From the human T2T-CHM13v2.0 reference genome, Homo sapiens, in assembly GCF_009914755.1 (NCBI RefSeq), contig NC_060925.1: DNA of 64,000 nucleotides. One strand, given 5' to 3'. Below the pieces are notes generated by a model. That model had not been told where the DNA came from, searched no databases, and saw nothing but the letters and a program-made list of their open reading frames with translations. Numbering within the stretch: the stretch's first letter is position 1; every line of letters starts with the position of its first letter. Of the stretch, positions 42,601 through 58,300 are shown piece by piece. Made by a program: the position numbers and the translations under genes.

Positions 42601-45600
42601 TGGTCTCGATTGGAATCATTATCAAATGGAATGGAATGGAATCACCGAACAGAATCGAATGGAACAATCATCGAATGGACTCAAATGGAATTATCCTCCA
42701 ATGGAATCGAATGGAATTATCGAATGCAATCGAATAGAATCATCGAATGGACTCGAATGGAATCATCGAATGGAATGGAATGGAACAGTCAATGAACTCG
42801 AATGGAATCATCATTGAATGGAATCGAATGGAATCATCGAGTGGAATCGAATGGAATTATGATCAAATGGAATCGAATGTAATCCTCATCAAATGGAATC
42901 AAAAATAACCATCATCAATTGGTATTGAATGGAATTGTCATCAAATGGAATTCAAAGGAATCATCATCAAATGGAACCGAATGGAATCCTCATTGAATGG
43001 AAATGAAAGGGGTCATCATCTAATGGAATCGCATGGAATCATCATCAAATGGAATCGAATGGAATCATCATCAAATGGAATCTAATGGAATCATTGAACA
43101 GAATTGAATGGAATCGTCATCGAATGAATTGAATGCAATCATCGAATGGTCTCGAATGGAATCATCTTCTAATGGAAAGGAATGGAATCATCGCATAGAA
43201 TCGAATGGAATTATCATCGAATGGAATCGAATGGTATCAACACCAAACGGAAAAAAACGGAATTATCGAATGGAATCGAAGAGAATCTTCGAACGGACCC
43301 GAATGGAATCATCTAATGGAATGGAATGGAATAATCCATGGACTCGAATGCAATCATCATCGAATGGAATGGAATGGAATCATCGAATGGACTCGAATGG
43401 AATAATCATTGAACGGAATCGAATGGAATCATCATCGGATGGAAACGAATGGAATCATCATCGAATGGAAATGAAAGGAGTCATCATCTAATGGAATTGC
43501 ATGGAATCATCATCAAATGGAATCGAATGGAATCAACATCAAATGGAATCAAATGGAATCATTGAACGGAATTGAATGGAATCGTCATCGAATGAATTGA
43601 CTGCAATCATCGAATGGTCTCGAATGGAATCATCTTCAAATGGAATGGAATGGAATCATCGCATAGAATCGAATGGAATTATCATCGAATGGAATCGAAT
43701 GGAATCAACATCAAACGGAAAAAAACGGAATTATCGAATGGAATCGAAGAGAATCATCGAATGGACCCGAATGGAATCATCTAATGGAATGGAATGGAAT
43801 AATCCATGGACTCGAATGCAATCATCATTGAATGGAATCGAATGGAATCATCGAATGGACTCGAATGGAATAATCATTGAACGGAATCGAATGGAATCAT
43901 CATCGGATGGAAATGAATGGAATCATCATCGAATGGAATCGAATAGAATTATGGAATGAAATCCAGTGTGATCATCATCGAATGGACCCGAATGGAATCA
44001 TCATCCAACGGAAGCTAATGGAATCAACATCGAATGAATCGAATGGAAACACCATCGAATTGAAACGAATGGAATTATCATGAAATTGAAATGGATGGAC
44101 TCATCATCGAATGGATTCGAATGGAATCATCGAATAAAATTGATTGAAATCATCATCCAATGGAATCGAATGGAATCATCATCAGATGGAAATGAATGGA
44201 ATCGTCATAGAATGGAATCGAATGGATTCATTGAATGGAATCAGATGGAATCATCGAATGGACTGGAATGGAATCATTGAATGGACTCGAAAGGGATCAT
44301 TATTGAATGGAATTGAATGGAATCATCGAATGGTCTCGATTGCAATCATTATCAAATGGAATCGAATGGAATCACCGAATAGAATCGAATGGAACAATCA
44401 TCGAATGGACTCAAATGGAATTATCCTCCAATGGAATCGAATGGAATTATCGAATGCAATCGAATAGAATCATCGAATGGACTCGAATGGAATCATCGAA
44501 TGGAATGGAATGGAACAGTCAATGAACTCGAATGGAATCATCATTGAATGGAATCGAATGGAATCATCGAGTGGAATCGAATGGAATTATGATCAAATGG
44601 AATCGAATGTAATCCTCATCAAATGGAATCAAAAATAACCATCATCAATTGGTATTGAATGGAATTGTCATCAAATGGAATTCAAAGGAATCATCATCAA
44701 ATGGAACCGAATGGAATCCTCATTGAATGGAAATGAAAGGGGTCATCATCTAATGGAATCGCATGGAATCATCATCAAATGGAATCGAATGGAATCATCA
44801 TCAAATGGAATCTAATGGAATCATTGAACAGAATTGAATGGAATCGTCATCGAATGAATTGAATGCAATCATCGAATGGTCTCAAATGGAATCATCTTCT
44901 AATGGAAAGGAATGGAATCATCGCATAGAATCGAATGGAATTATCATCGAATGGAATCGAATGGTATCAACACCAAACGGAAAAAAACGGAATTATCGAA
45001 TGGAATCGAAGAGAATCTTCGAACGGACCCGAATGGAATCATCTAATGGAATGGAATGGAATAATCCATGGACTCGAATGCAATCATCATCGAATGGAAT
45101 GGAATGGAATCATCGAATGGACTCGAATGGAATAATCATTGAACGGAATCGAATGGAATCATCATCGGATGGAAACGAATGGAATCATCATCGAATGGAA
45201 ATGAAAGGAGTCATCATCTAATGGAATTGCATGGAATCATCATCAAATGGAATCGAATGGAATCAACATCAAATGGAATCAAATGGAATCATTGAACGGA
45301 ATTGAATGGAATCGTCATCGAATGAATTGACTGCAATCATCGAATGGTCTCGAATGGAATCATCTTCAAATGGAATGGAATGGAATCATCGCATAGAATC
45401 GAATGGAATTATCATCGAATGGAATCGAATGGAATCAACATCAAACGGAAAAAAACAGAATTATCGTATGGAATCGAAGAGAATCATCGAATGGACCCGA
45501 ATGGAATCATCTAATGGAATGGAATGGAATAATCCATGGACTCGAATGCAATCATCATCGAATGGAATCGAATGGAATCATCGAATGGACTCGAATGGAA

Positions 45601-47035
45601 TAATCATTGAACGGAATCGAATGGAATCATCATCGGATGGAAATGAATGGAATCATCATCGAATGGAATCGAATAGAATTATGGAATGAAATCCAGTGTG
45701 ATCATCATCGAATGGACCCGAATGGAATCATCATCCAACGGAAGCTAATGGAATCAACATCGAATGAATCGAATGGAAACACCATCGAATTGAAACGAAT
45801 GGAATTATCATGAAATTGAAATGGATGGACTCATCATCGAATGGATTCGAATGGAATCATCGAATAAAATTGATTGAAATCATCATCCAATGGAATCGAA
45901 TGGAATCATCATCAGATGGAAATGAATGGAATCGTCATAGAATGGAATCGAATGGATTCATTGAATGGAATCAGATGGAATCATCGAATGGACTGGAATG
46001 GAATCATTGAATGGACTCGAAAGGGATCATTATTGAATGGAATTGAATGGAATCATCGAATGGTCTCGATTGCAATCATTATCAAATGGAATCGAATGGA
46101 ATCACCGAATAGAATCGAATGGAACAATCATCGAATGGACTCAAATGGAATTATCCTCCAATGGAATCGAATGGAATTATCGAATGCAATCGAATAGAAT
46201 CATCGAATGGACTCGAATGGAATCATCGAATGGAATGGAATGGAACAGTCAATGAACTCGAATGGAATCATCATTGAATGGAATCGAATGGAATCATCGA
46301 GTGGAATCGAATGGAATTATGATCAAATGGAATCGAATGTAATCCTCATCAAATGGAATCAAAAATGACCATCATCAATTGGTATTGAATGGAATTGTCA
46401 TCAAATGGAATTCAAAGGAATCATCATCAAATGGAACCGAATGGAATCCTCATTGAATGGAAATGAAAGGGGTCATCATCTAATGGAATCGCATGGAATC
46501 ATCATCAAATGGAATCGAATGGAATCATCATCAAATGGAATCTAATGGAATCATTGAACAGAATTGAATGGAATCGTCATCGAATGAATTGAATGCAATC
46601 ATCGAATGGTCTCGAATGGAATCATCTTCTAATGGAAAGGAATGGAATCATCGCATAGAATCGAATGGAATTATCATCGAATGGAATCGAATGGTATCAA
46701 CACCAAACGGAAAAAAACGGAATTATCGAATGGAATCGAAGAGAATCTTCGAAAGGACCCGAATGGAATCATCTAATGGAATGGAATGGAATAATCCATG
46801 GACTCGAATGCAATCATCATCGAATGGAATGGAATGGAATCATCGAATGGACTCGAATGGAATAATCATTGAACGGAATCGAATGGAATCATCATCGGAT
46901 GGAAACGAATGGAATCATCATCGAATGGAAATGAAAGGAGTCATCATCTAATGGAATTGCATGGAATCATCATCAAATGGAATCGAATGGAATCAACATC
47001 AAATGGAATCAAATGGAATCATTGAACGGAATTGA
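36610..47035 (+). repeat. Local higher-order repeat, 2 x 5213 bp (1753+1730+1730)
   Basis: The length pattern occurs twice. The private marker GGAATGGAATGGAATCACCGAACAG lies at ~37415-37440 and ~42628-42653, and ORFs 37364/42577 are offset by 5213. Confidence 0.8.
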
Positions 47036-50000
47036 ATGGAATCGTCATCGAATGAATTGACTGCAATCATCGAATGGTCTCGAATGGAATCATCTTCAAA
47101 TGGAATGGAATGGAATCATCGCATAGAATCGAATGGAATTATCATCGAATGGAATCGAATGGAATCAACATCAAACGGAAAAAAACGGAATTATCGAATG
47201 GAATCGAAGAGAATCATCGAATGGACCCGAATGGAATCATCTAATGGAATGGAATGGAATAATCCATGGACTCGAATGCAATCATCATCGAATGGAATCG
47301 AATGGAATCATCGAATGGACTCGAATGGAATAATCATTGAACGGAATCGAATGGAATCATCATCGGATGGAAATGAATGGAATCATCATCGAATGGAATC
47401 AAATAGAATTATGGAATGAAATCCAGTGTGATCATCATCGAATGGACCCGAATGGAATCATCATCCAACGGAAGCTAATGGAATCAACATCGAATGAATC
47501 GAATGGAAACACCATCGAATTGAAACGAATGGAATTATCATGAAATTGAAATGGATGGACTCATCATCGAATGGATTCGAATGGAATCATCGAATAAAAT
47601 TGATTGAAATCATCATCCAATGGAATCGAATGGTATCATTGAATGGAATCGAATGGAATCATCATCAGATGGAAATGAATGGAATCGTCATAGAATGGAA
47701 TCGAATGGATTCATTGAATGGAATCAGATGGAATCATCGAATGGACTGGAATGGAATCATTGAATGGACTCGAAAGGGATCATGATTGAATGGAATTGAA
47801 TGGAATCATCGAATGGTCTCGATTGGAATCATTATCAAATGGAATCGAATGGAATCACCGAATAGAATCGAATGGAACAATCATCGAATGGACTCAAATG
47901 GAATTATCCTCAAATGGAATCGAATGGAATTATCGAATGCAATCGAATGGAATTATCGAATGCAATCGAATAGAATCATCGAAAGGACTCGAATGGAATC
48001 ATCGAATGGAATGGAATGGAACAGTCAATGAACTCGAATGGAATCATCATTGAATGGAATCGAATGGAATCATCGAGTGGAATCGAATGGAATTATGATC
48101 AAATGGAATCGAATGTAATCATCATCAAATGGAATCAAAAATAACCATCATCAATTGGTATTGAATGGAATTGTCATCAAATGGAATTCAAAGGAAACAT
48201 CATCAAATGGAACCGAATGGAATCCTCATTGAATGGAAATGAAAGGGGTCATCATCTAATGGAATCGCATGGAATCATCATCAAATGGAATCGAATGGAA
48301 TCATCATCAAATGGAATCAAATGGAATTATTGAACAGAATTGAATGGAATCGTCATCGAATGAATTGAATGCAATCATCGAATGGTCTCGAATGGAATCA
48401 TCTTCTACTGGAAAGGAATGGAATCATCGCATAGAATCGAATGGAATTATCATCGAATGGAATCGAATGGTATCAACACCAAACGGAAAAAAACGGAATT
48501 ATCGAATGGAATCGAAGAGAATCTTCGAACGGACCCGAATGGAATCATCTAATGGAATGGAATGGAATAATCCATGGACTCGAATGCAATCATCATCGAA
48601 TGGAATGGAATGGAATCATCGAATGGACTCGAATGGAATAATCATTGAACGGAATCGAATGGAATCATCATCGGATGGAAACGAATGGAATCATCATCGA
48701 ATGGAAATGAAAGGAGTCATCATCTAATGGAATTGCATGGAATCATCATAAAATGGAATCGAATGGAATCAACATCAAATGGAATCAAATGGAATCATTG
48801 AACGGAATTGAATGGAATCGTCATCGAATGAATTGAATGCAATCATCGAATGGTCTCGAATGGAATCATCTTCAAATGGAATGGAATGGAATCATCGCAT
48901 AGAATCGAATGGAATTATCATCGAATGGAATCGAATGGAATCAACATCAAACGGAAAAAAACGGAATTATCGAATGGAATCGAAGAGAATCATCGAATGG
49001 ACCCGAATGGAATCATCTAATGGAATGGAATGGAATAATCCATGGACTCGAATGCAATCATCATCGAATGGAATCGAATGGAATCATCGAATGGACTCGA
49101 ATGGAATAATCATTGAACGGAATCGAATGGAATCATCATCGGATGGAAATGAATGGAATCATCATCGAATGGAATCGAATAGAATTATGGAATGAAATCC
49201 AGTGTGATCATCATCGAATGGACCCGAATGGAATCATCATCCAACGGAAGCTAATGGAATCAACATCGAATGAATCGAATGGAAACACCATCGAATTGAA
49301 ACGAATGGAATTATCATGAAATTGAAATGGATGGACTCATCATCGAATGGATTCGAATGGAATCATCGAATAAAATTGATTGAAATCATCATCGAATGGA
49401 ATCGAATGGTATCATTGAATGGAATCGAATGGAATCATCATCAGATGGAAATGAATGGAATCGTCATAGAATGGAATCGAATGGATTCATTGAATGGAAT
49501 CAGATGGAATCATCGAATGGACTGGAATGGAATCATTGAATGGACTCGAAAGGGATCATGATTGAATGGAATTGAATGGAATCATCGAATGGTCTCGATT
49601 GGAATCATTATCAAATGGAATCGAATGGAATCACCGAATAGAATCGAATGGAACAATCATCGAATGGACTCAAATGGAATTATCCTCCAATGGAATCGAA
49701 TGGAATTATCGAATGCAATCGAATGGAATTATCGAATGCAATCGAATAGAATCATCTAAAGGACTCGAATGGAATCATCGAATGGAATGGAATGGAACAG
49801 TCAATGAACTCGAATGGAATCATCATTGAATGGAATCGAATGGAATCATCGAGTGGAATCGAATGGAATTATGATCAAATGGAATCGAATGTAATCATCA
49901 TCAAATGGAATCAAAAATAACCATCATCAATTGGTATTGAATGGAATTGTCATCAAGTGGAATTCAAAGGAAACATCATCAAATGGAACCGAATGGAATC

Positions 50001-52363
50001 CTCATTGAATGGAAATGAAAGGGGTCATCATCTAATGGAATCGCATGGAATCATCATCAAATGGAATCGAATGGAATCATCATCAAATGGAATCAAATGG
50101 AATTATTGAACAGAATTGAATGGAATCGTCATCGAATGAATTGAATGCAATCATCGAATGGTCTCGAATGGAATCATCTTCTACTGGAAAGGAATGGAAT
50201 CATCGCATAGAATCGAATGGAATTATCATCGAATGGAATCGAATGGTATCAACACCAAACGGAAAAAAACGGAATTATCGAATGGAATCGAAGAGAATCT
50301 TCGAACGGACCCGAATGGAATCATCTAATGGAATGGAATGGAATAATCCATGGACTCGAATGCAATCATCATCGAATGGAATGGAATGGAATCATCGAAT
50401 GGACTCGAATGGAATAATCATTGAACGGAATCGAATGGAATCATCATCGGATGGAAACGAATGGAATCATCATCGAATGGAAATGAAAGGAGTCATCATC
50501 TAATGGAATTGCATGGAATCATCATCAAATGGAATCGAATGGAATCAACATCAAATGGAATCAAATGGAATCATTGAACGGAATTGAATGGAATCGTCAT
50601 CGAATGAATTGACTGCAATCATCGAATGGTCTCGAATGGAATCATCTTCAAATGGAATGGAATGGAATCATCGCATAGAATCGAATGGAATTATCATCGA
50701 ATGGAATCGAATGGAATCAACATCAAACGGAAAAAAACGGAATTATCGAATGGAATCGAAGAGAATCATCGAATGGACCCGAATGGAATCATCTAATGAA
50801 ATGGAATGGAATAATCCATGGACTCGAATGCAATCATCATCGAATGGAATCGAATGGAATCATCGAATGGACTCGAATGGAATAATCATTGAACGGAATC
50901 GAATGGAATCATCATCGGATGGAAATGAATGGAATCATCATCGAATGGAATCGAATAGAATTATGGAATGAAATCCAGTGTGATCATCATCGAATGGACC
51001 CGAATGGAATCATCATCCAACGGAAGCTAATGGAATCAACATCGAATGAATCGAATGGAAACACCATCGAATTGAAACGAATGGAATTATCATGAAATTA
51101 AAATGGATGGACTCATCATCGAATGGATTCGAATGGAATCATCGAATAAAATTGATTGAAATCATCATCGAATGGAATCGAATGGTATCATTGAATGGAA
51201 TCGAATGGAATCATCATCAGATGGAAATGAATGGAATCGTCATAGAATGGAATCGAATGGATTCATTGAATGGAATCAGATGGAATCATCGAATGGACTG
51301 GAATGGAATCATTGAATGGACTCGAAAGGGATCATGATTGAATGGAATTGAATGGAATCATCGAATGGTCTCGATTGGAATCATTATCAAATGGAATCGA
51401 ATGGAATCACCGAATAGAATCGAATGGAACAATCATCGAATGGACTCAAATGGAATTATCCTCCAATGGAATCGAATGGAATTATCGAATGCAATCGAAT
51501 GGAATTATCGAATGCAATCGAATAGAATCATCGAATGGACTCGAATGGAATCATCGAATGGAATGGAATGGAACAGTCAATGAACTCGAATGGAATCATC
51601 ATTGAATGGAATCGAATGGAATCATCGAGTGGAATCGAATGGAATTATGATCAAATGGAATCGAATGTAATCCTCATCAAATGGAATCAAAAATAACCAT
51701 CATCAATTGGTATTGAATGGAATTGTCATCAAATGGAATTCAAAGGAATCATCATCAAATGGAACCGAATGGAATCCTCATTGAATGGAAATGAAAGGGG
51801 TCATCATCTAATGGAATCGCATGGAATCATCATCAAATGGAATCGAATGGAATCATCATCAAATGGAATCTAATGGAATCATTGAACAGAATTGAATGGA
51901 ATCGTCATCGAATGAATTGAATGCAATCATCGAATGGTCTCGAATGGAATCATCTTCTAATGGAAAGGAATGGAATCATCGCATAGAATCGAATGGAATT
52001 ATCATCGAATGGAATCGAATGGTATCAACACCAAACGGAAAAAAACGGAATTATCGAATGGAATCGAAGAGAATCTTCGAACGGACCCGAATGGAATCAT
52101 CTAATGGAATGGAATGGAATAATCCATGGACTCGAATGCAATCATCATCGAATGGAATGGAATGGAATCATCGAATGGACTCGAATGGAATAATCATTGA
52201 ACGGAATCGAATGGAATCATCATCGGATGGAAACGAATGGAATCATCATCGAATGGAAATGAAAGGAGTCATCATCTAATGGAATTGCATGGAATCATCA
52301 TCAAATGGAATCGAATGGAATCAACATCAAATGGAATCAAATGGAATCATTGAACGGAATTGA

Positions 52364-55300
52364 ATGGAATCGTCATCGAATGAATTGACTGCAATCATCG
52401 AATGGTCTCGAATGGAATCATCTTCAAATGGAAGGGAATGGAATCATCGCATAGAATCGAATGGAATTATCATCGAATGGAATCGAATGGAATCAACATC
52501 AAACGGAAAAAAACAGAATTATCGTATGGAATCGAAGAGAATCATCGAATGGACCCGAATGGAATCATCTAATGGAATGGAATGGAATAATCCATGGACT
52601 CGAATGCAATCATCATCGAATGGAATCGAATGGAATCATCGAATGGACTCGAATGGAATAATCATTGAACGGAATCGAATGGAATCATCATCGGATGGAA
52701 ATGAATGGAATCATCATCGAATGGAATCGAATAGAATTATGGAATGAAATCCAGTGTGATCATCATCGAATGGACCCGAATGGAATCATCATCCAACGGA
52801 AGCTAATGGAATCAACATCGAATGAATCGAATGGAAACACCATCGAATTGAAACGAATGGAATTATCATGAAATTGAAATGGATGGACTCATCATCGAAT
52901 GGATTCGAATGGAATCATCGAATAAAATTGATTGAAATCATCATCCAATGGAATCGAATGGTATCATTGAATGGAATCGAATGGAATCATCATCAGATGG
53001 AAATGAATGGAATCGTCATAGAATGGAATCGAATGGATTCATTGAATGGAATCAGATGGAATCATCGAATGGACTGGAATGGAATCATGGAATGGACTCG
53101 AAAGGGATCATGATTGAATGGAATTGAATGGAATCATCGAATGGTCTCGATTGGAATCATTATCAAATGGAATCGAATGGAATCACCGAATAGAATCGAA
53201 TGGAACAATCATCGAATGGACTCAAATGGAATTATCCTCCAATGGAATCGAATGGAATTATCGAATGCAATCGAATGGAATTATCGAATGCAATCGAATA
53301 GAATCATCGAATGGACTCGAATGGAATGCAATGGAACAGTCAATGAACTCGAATGGAATCATCATTGAATGGAATCGAATGGAATCATCGAGTGGAAACG
53401 AATGGAATTATGATCAAATGGAATCGAATGGAATCATCATCAAATGGAATCAAAAATAACCATCATCAATTGGTATTGAATGGAATTGTCATCAAATGGA
53501 ATTCAAAGGAATCATCATCAAATGGAACCGAATGGAATCCTCATTGAATGGAAATGAAAGGGGTCATCATCTAATGGAATCGCATGGAATCATCATCAAA
53601 TGGAATCGAATGGAATCATCATCAAATGGAATCTAATGGAATCATTGAACAGAATTGAATGGAATCGTCATCGAATGAATTGAATGCAATCATCGAATGG
53701 TCTCGAATGGAATCATCTTCTAATGGAAAGGAATGGAATCATCGCATAGAATCGAATGGAATTATCATCGAATGGAATCGAATGGTATCAACACCAAACG
53801 GAAAAAAACGGAATTATCGAATGGAATCGAAGAGAATCTTCGAACGGACCCGAATGGAATCATCTAATGGAATGGAATGGAATAATCCATGGACTCGAAT
53901 GCAATCATCATCGAATGGAATCGAATGGAATCATCGAATGGACTCGAATGGAATAATCATTGAACGGAATCGAATGGAATCATCATCGGATGGAAACGAA
54001 TGGAATCATCATCGAATGGAAATGAAAGGAGTCATCATCTAATGGAATTGCATGGAATCATCATAAAATGGAATCGAATGGAATCAACATCAAATGGAAT
54101 CAAATGGAATCATTGAACGGAATTGAATGGAATCGTCATCGAATGAATTGACTGCAATCATCGAATGGTCTCGAATGGAATCATCTTCTAATGGAATGGA
54201 ATGGAATCATCGCATAGAATCGAATGGAATTATCATCGAATGGAATCGAATGGAATCAACATCAAACGGAAAAAAACGGAATTATCGAATGGAATCGAAG
54301 AGAATCATCGAATGGACCCGAATGGAATCATCTAATGGAATGGAATGGAATAATCCATGGACTCGAATGCAATCATCATCGAATGGAATCGAATGGAATC
54401 ATCGAATGGACTCGAATGGAATAATCATTGAACGGAATCGAATGGAATCATCATCGGATGGAAATGAATGGAATCATCATCGAATGGAATCGAATAGAAT
54501 TATGGAATGAAATCCAGTGTGATCATCATCGAATGGACCCGAATGGAATCATCATCCAACGGAAGCTAATGGAATCAACATCGAATGAATCGAATGGAAA
54601 CACCATCGAATTGAAACGAATGGAATTATCATGAAATTGAAATGGATGGACTCATCATCGAATGGATTCGAATGGAATCATCGAATAAAATTGATTGAAA
54701 TCATCATCGAATGGAATCGAATGGTATCATTGAATGGAATCGAATGGAATCATCATCAGATGGAAATGAATGGAATCGTCATAGAATGGAATCGAATGGA
54801 TTCATTGAATGGAATCAGATGGAATCATCGAATGGACTGGAATGGAATCATTGAATGGACTCGAAAGGGATCATGATTGAATGGAATTGAATGGAATCAT
54901 CGAATGGTCTCGATTGGAATCATTATCAAATGGAATCGAATGGAATCACCGAATAGAATCGAATGGAACAATCATCGAATGGACTCAAATGGAATTATCC
55001 TCCAATGGAATCGAATGGAATTATCGAATGCAATCGAATGGAATTATCGAATGCAATCGAATAGAATCATCGAATGGACTCGAATGGAATCATCGAATGG
55101 AATGGAATGGAACAGTCAATGAACTCGAATGGAATCATCATTGAATGGAATCGAATGGAATCATCGAGTGGAATCGAATGGAATTATGATCAAATGGAAT
55201 CGAATGTAATCCTCATCAAATGGAATCAAAAATAACCATCATCAATTGGTATTGAATGGAATTGTCATCAAATGGAATTCAAAGGAATCATCATCAAATG

Positions 55301-58300
55301 GAACCGAATGGAATCCTCATTGAATGGAAATGAAAGGGGTCATCATCTAATGGAATCGCATGGAATCATCATCAAATGGAATCGAATGGAATCATCATCA
55401 AATGGAATCTAATGGAATCATTGAACAGAATTGAATGGAATCGTCATCGAATGAATTGAATGCAATCATCGAATGGTCTCGAATGGAATCATCTTCTAAT
55501 GGAAAGGAATGGAATCATCGCATAGAATCGAATGGAATTATCATCGAATGGAATCGAATGGTATCAACACCAAACGGAAAAAAACGGAATTATCGAATGG
55601 AATCGAAGAGAATCTTCGAACGGACCCGAATGGAATCATCTAATGGAATGGAATGGAATAATCCATGGACTCGAATGCAATCATCATCGAATGGAATCGA
55701 ATGGAGTCATCGAATGGACTCGAATGGAATAATCATTGAACGGAATCGAATGGAATCATCATCGGATGGAAACGAATGGAATCATCATCGAATGGAAATG
55801 AAAGGAGTCATCATCTAATGGAATTGCATGGAATCATCATCAAATGGAATCGAATGGAATCAACATCAAATGGAATCAAATGGAATCATTGAACGGAATT
55901 GAATGGAATCGTCATCGAATGAATTGACTGCAATCATCGAATGGTCTCGAATGGAATCATCTTCAAATGGAAGGGAATGGAATCATCGCATAGAATCGAA
56001 TGGAATTATCATCGAATGGAATCGAATGGAATCAACATCAAACGGAAAAAAACAGAATTATCGTATGGAATCGAAGAGAATCATCGAATGGACCCGAATG
56101 GAATCATCTAATGGAATGGAATGGAATAATCCATGGACTCGAATGCAATCATCATCGAATGGAATCGAATGGAATCATCGAATGGACTCGAATGGAATAA
56201 TCATTGAACGGAATCGAATGGAATCATCATCGGATGGAAATGAATGGAATCATCATCGAATGGAATCGAATAGAATTATGGAATGAAATCCAGTGTGATC
56301 ATCATCGAATGGACCCGAATGGAATCATCATCCAACGGAAGCTAATGGAATCAACATCGAATGAATCGAATGGAAACACCATCGAATTGAAACGAATGGA
56401 ATTATCATGAAATTGAAATGGATGGACTCATCATCGAATGGATTCGAATGGAATCATCGAATAAAATTGATTGAAATCATCATCCAATGGAATCGAATGG
56501 TATCATTGAATGGAATCGAATGGAATCATCATCAGATGGAAATGAATGGAATCGTCATAGAATGGAATCGAATGGATTCATTGAATGGAATCAGATGGAA
56601 TCATCGAATGGACTGGAATGGAATCATGGAATGGACTCGAAAGGGATCATGATTGAATGGAATTGAATGGAATCATCGAATGGTCTCGATTGGAATCATT
56701 ATCAAATGGAATCGAATGGAATCACCGAATAGAATCGAATGGAACAATCATCGAATGGACTCAAATGGAATTATCCTCCAATGGAATCGAATGGAATTAT
56801 CGAATGCAATCGAATGGAATTATCGAATGCAATCGAATAGAATCATCGAATGGACTCGAATGGAATGCAATGGAACAGTCAATGAACTCGAATGGAATCA
56901 TCATTGAATGGAATCGAATGGAATCATCGAGTGGAAACGAATGGAATTATGATCAAATGGAATCGAATGGAATCATCATCAAATGGAATCAAAAATAACC
57001 ATCATCAATTGGTATTGAATGGAATTGTCATCAAATGGAATTCAAAGGAATCATCATCAAATGGAACCGAATGGAATCCTCATTGAATGGAAATGAAAGG
57101 GGTCATCATCTAATGGAATCGCATGGAATCATCATCAAATGGAATCGAATGGAATCATCATCAAATGGAATCTAATGGAATCATTGAACAGAATTGAATG
57201 GAATCGTCATCGAATGAATTGAATGCAATCATCGAATGGTCTCGAATGGAATCATCTTCTAATGGAAAGGAATGGAATCATCGCATAGAATCGAATGGAA
57301 TTATCATCGAATGGAATCGAATGGTATCAACACCAAACGGAAAAAAACGGAATTATCGAATGGAATCGAAGAGAATCTTCGAACGGACCCGAATGGAATC
57401 ATCTAATGGAATGGAATGGAATAATCCATGGACTCGAATGCAATCATCATCGAATGGAATCGAATGGAATCATCGAATGGACTCGAATGGAATAATCATT
57501 GAACGGAATCGAATGGAATCATCATCGGATGGAAACGAATGGAATCATCATCGAATGGAAATGAAAGGAGTCATCATCTAATGGAATTGCATGGAATCAT
57601 CATAAAATGGAATCGAATGGAATCAACATCAAATGGAATCAAATGGAATCATTGAACGGAATTGAATGGAATCGTCATCGAATGAATTGACTGCAATCAT
57701 CGAATGGTCTCGAATGGAATCATCTTCAAATGGAATGGAATGGAATCATCGCATAGAATCGAATGGAATTATCATCGAATGGAATCGAATGGAATCAACA
57801 TCAAACGGAAAAAAACGGAATTATCGAATGGAATCGAAGAGAATCATCGAATGGACCCGAATGGAATCATCTAATGGAATGGAATGGAATAATCCATGGA
57901 CTCGAATGCAATCATCATCGAATGGAATCGAATGGAATCATCGAATGGACTCGAATGGAATAATCATTGAACGGAATCGAATGGAATCATCATCGGATGG
58001 AAATGAATGGAATCATCATCGAATGGAATCGAATAGAATTATGGAATGAAATCCAGTGTGATCATCATCGAATGGACCCGAATGGAATCATCATCCAACG
58101 GAAGCTAATGGAATCAACATCGAATGAATCGAATGGAAACACCATCGAATTGAAACGAATGGAATTATCATGAAATTGAAATGGATGGACTCATCATCGA
58201 ATGGATTCGAATGGAATCATCGAATAAAATTGATTGAAATCATCATCGAATGGAATCGAATGGTATCATTGAATGGAATCGAATGGAATCATCATCAGAT

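Larger units (their letters stand above)
16002..47035 (+). repeat. Length-variable block (u10-u27) with units of 1776, 1753, 1750, 1730, 1727 and 1308 bp
   Basis: Successive spacings are 1753, 1753, 1730, 1776, 1753, 1776, 1753, 1727, 1750, 1776, 1753, 1308, 1753, 1730, 1730, 1753, 1730, 1730. All these units carry the CATCCAATGG allele in place of CATCGAATGG. Confidence 0.92.
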
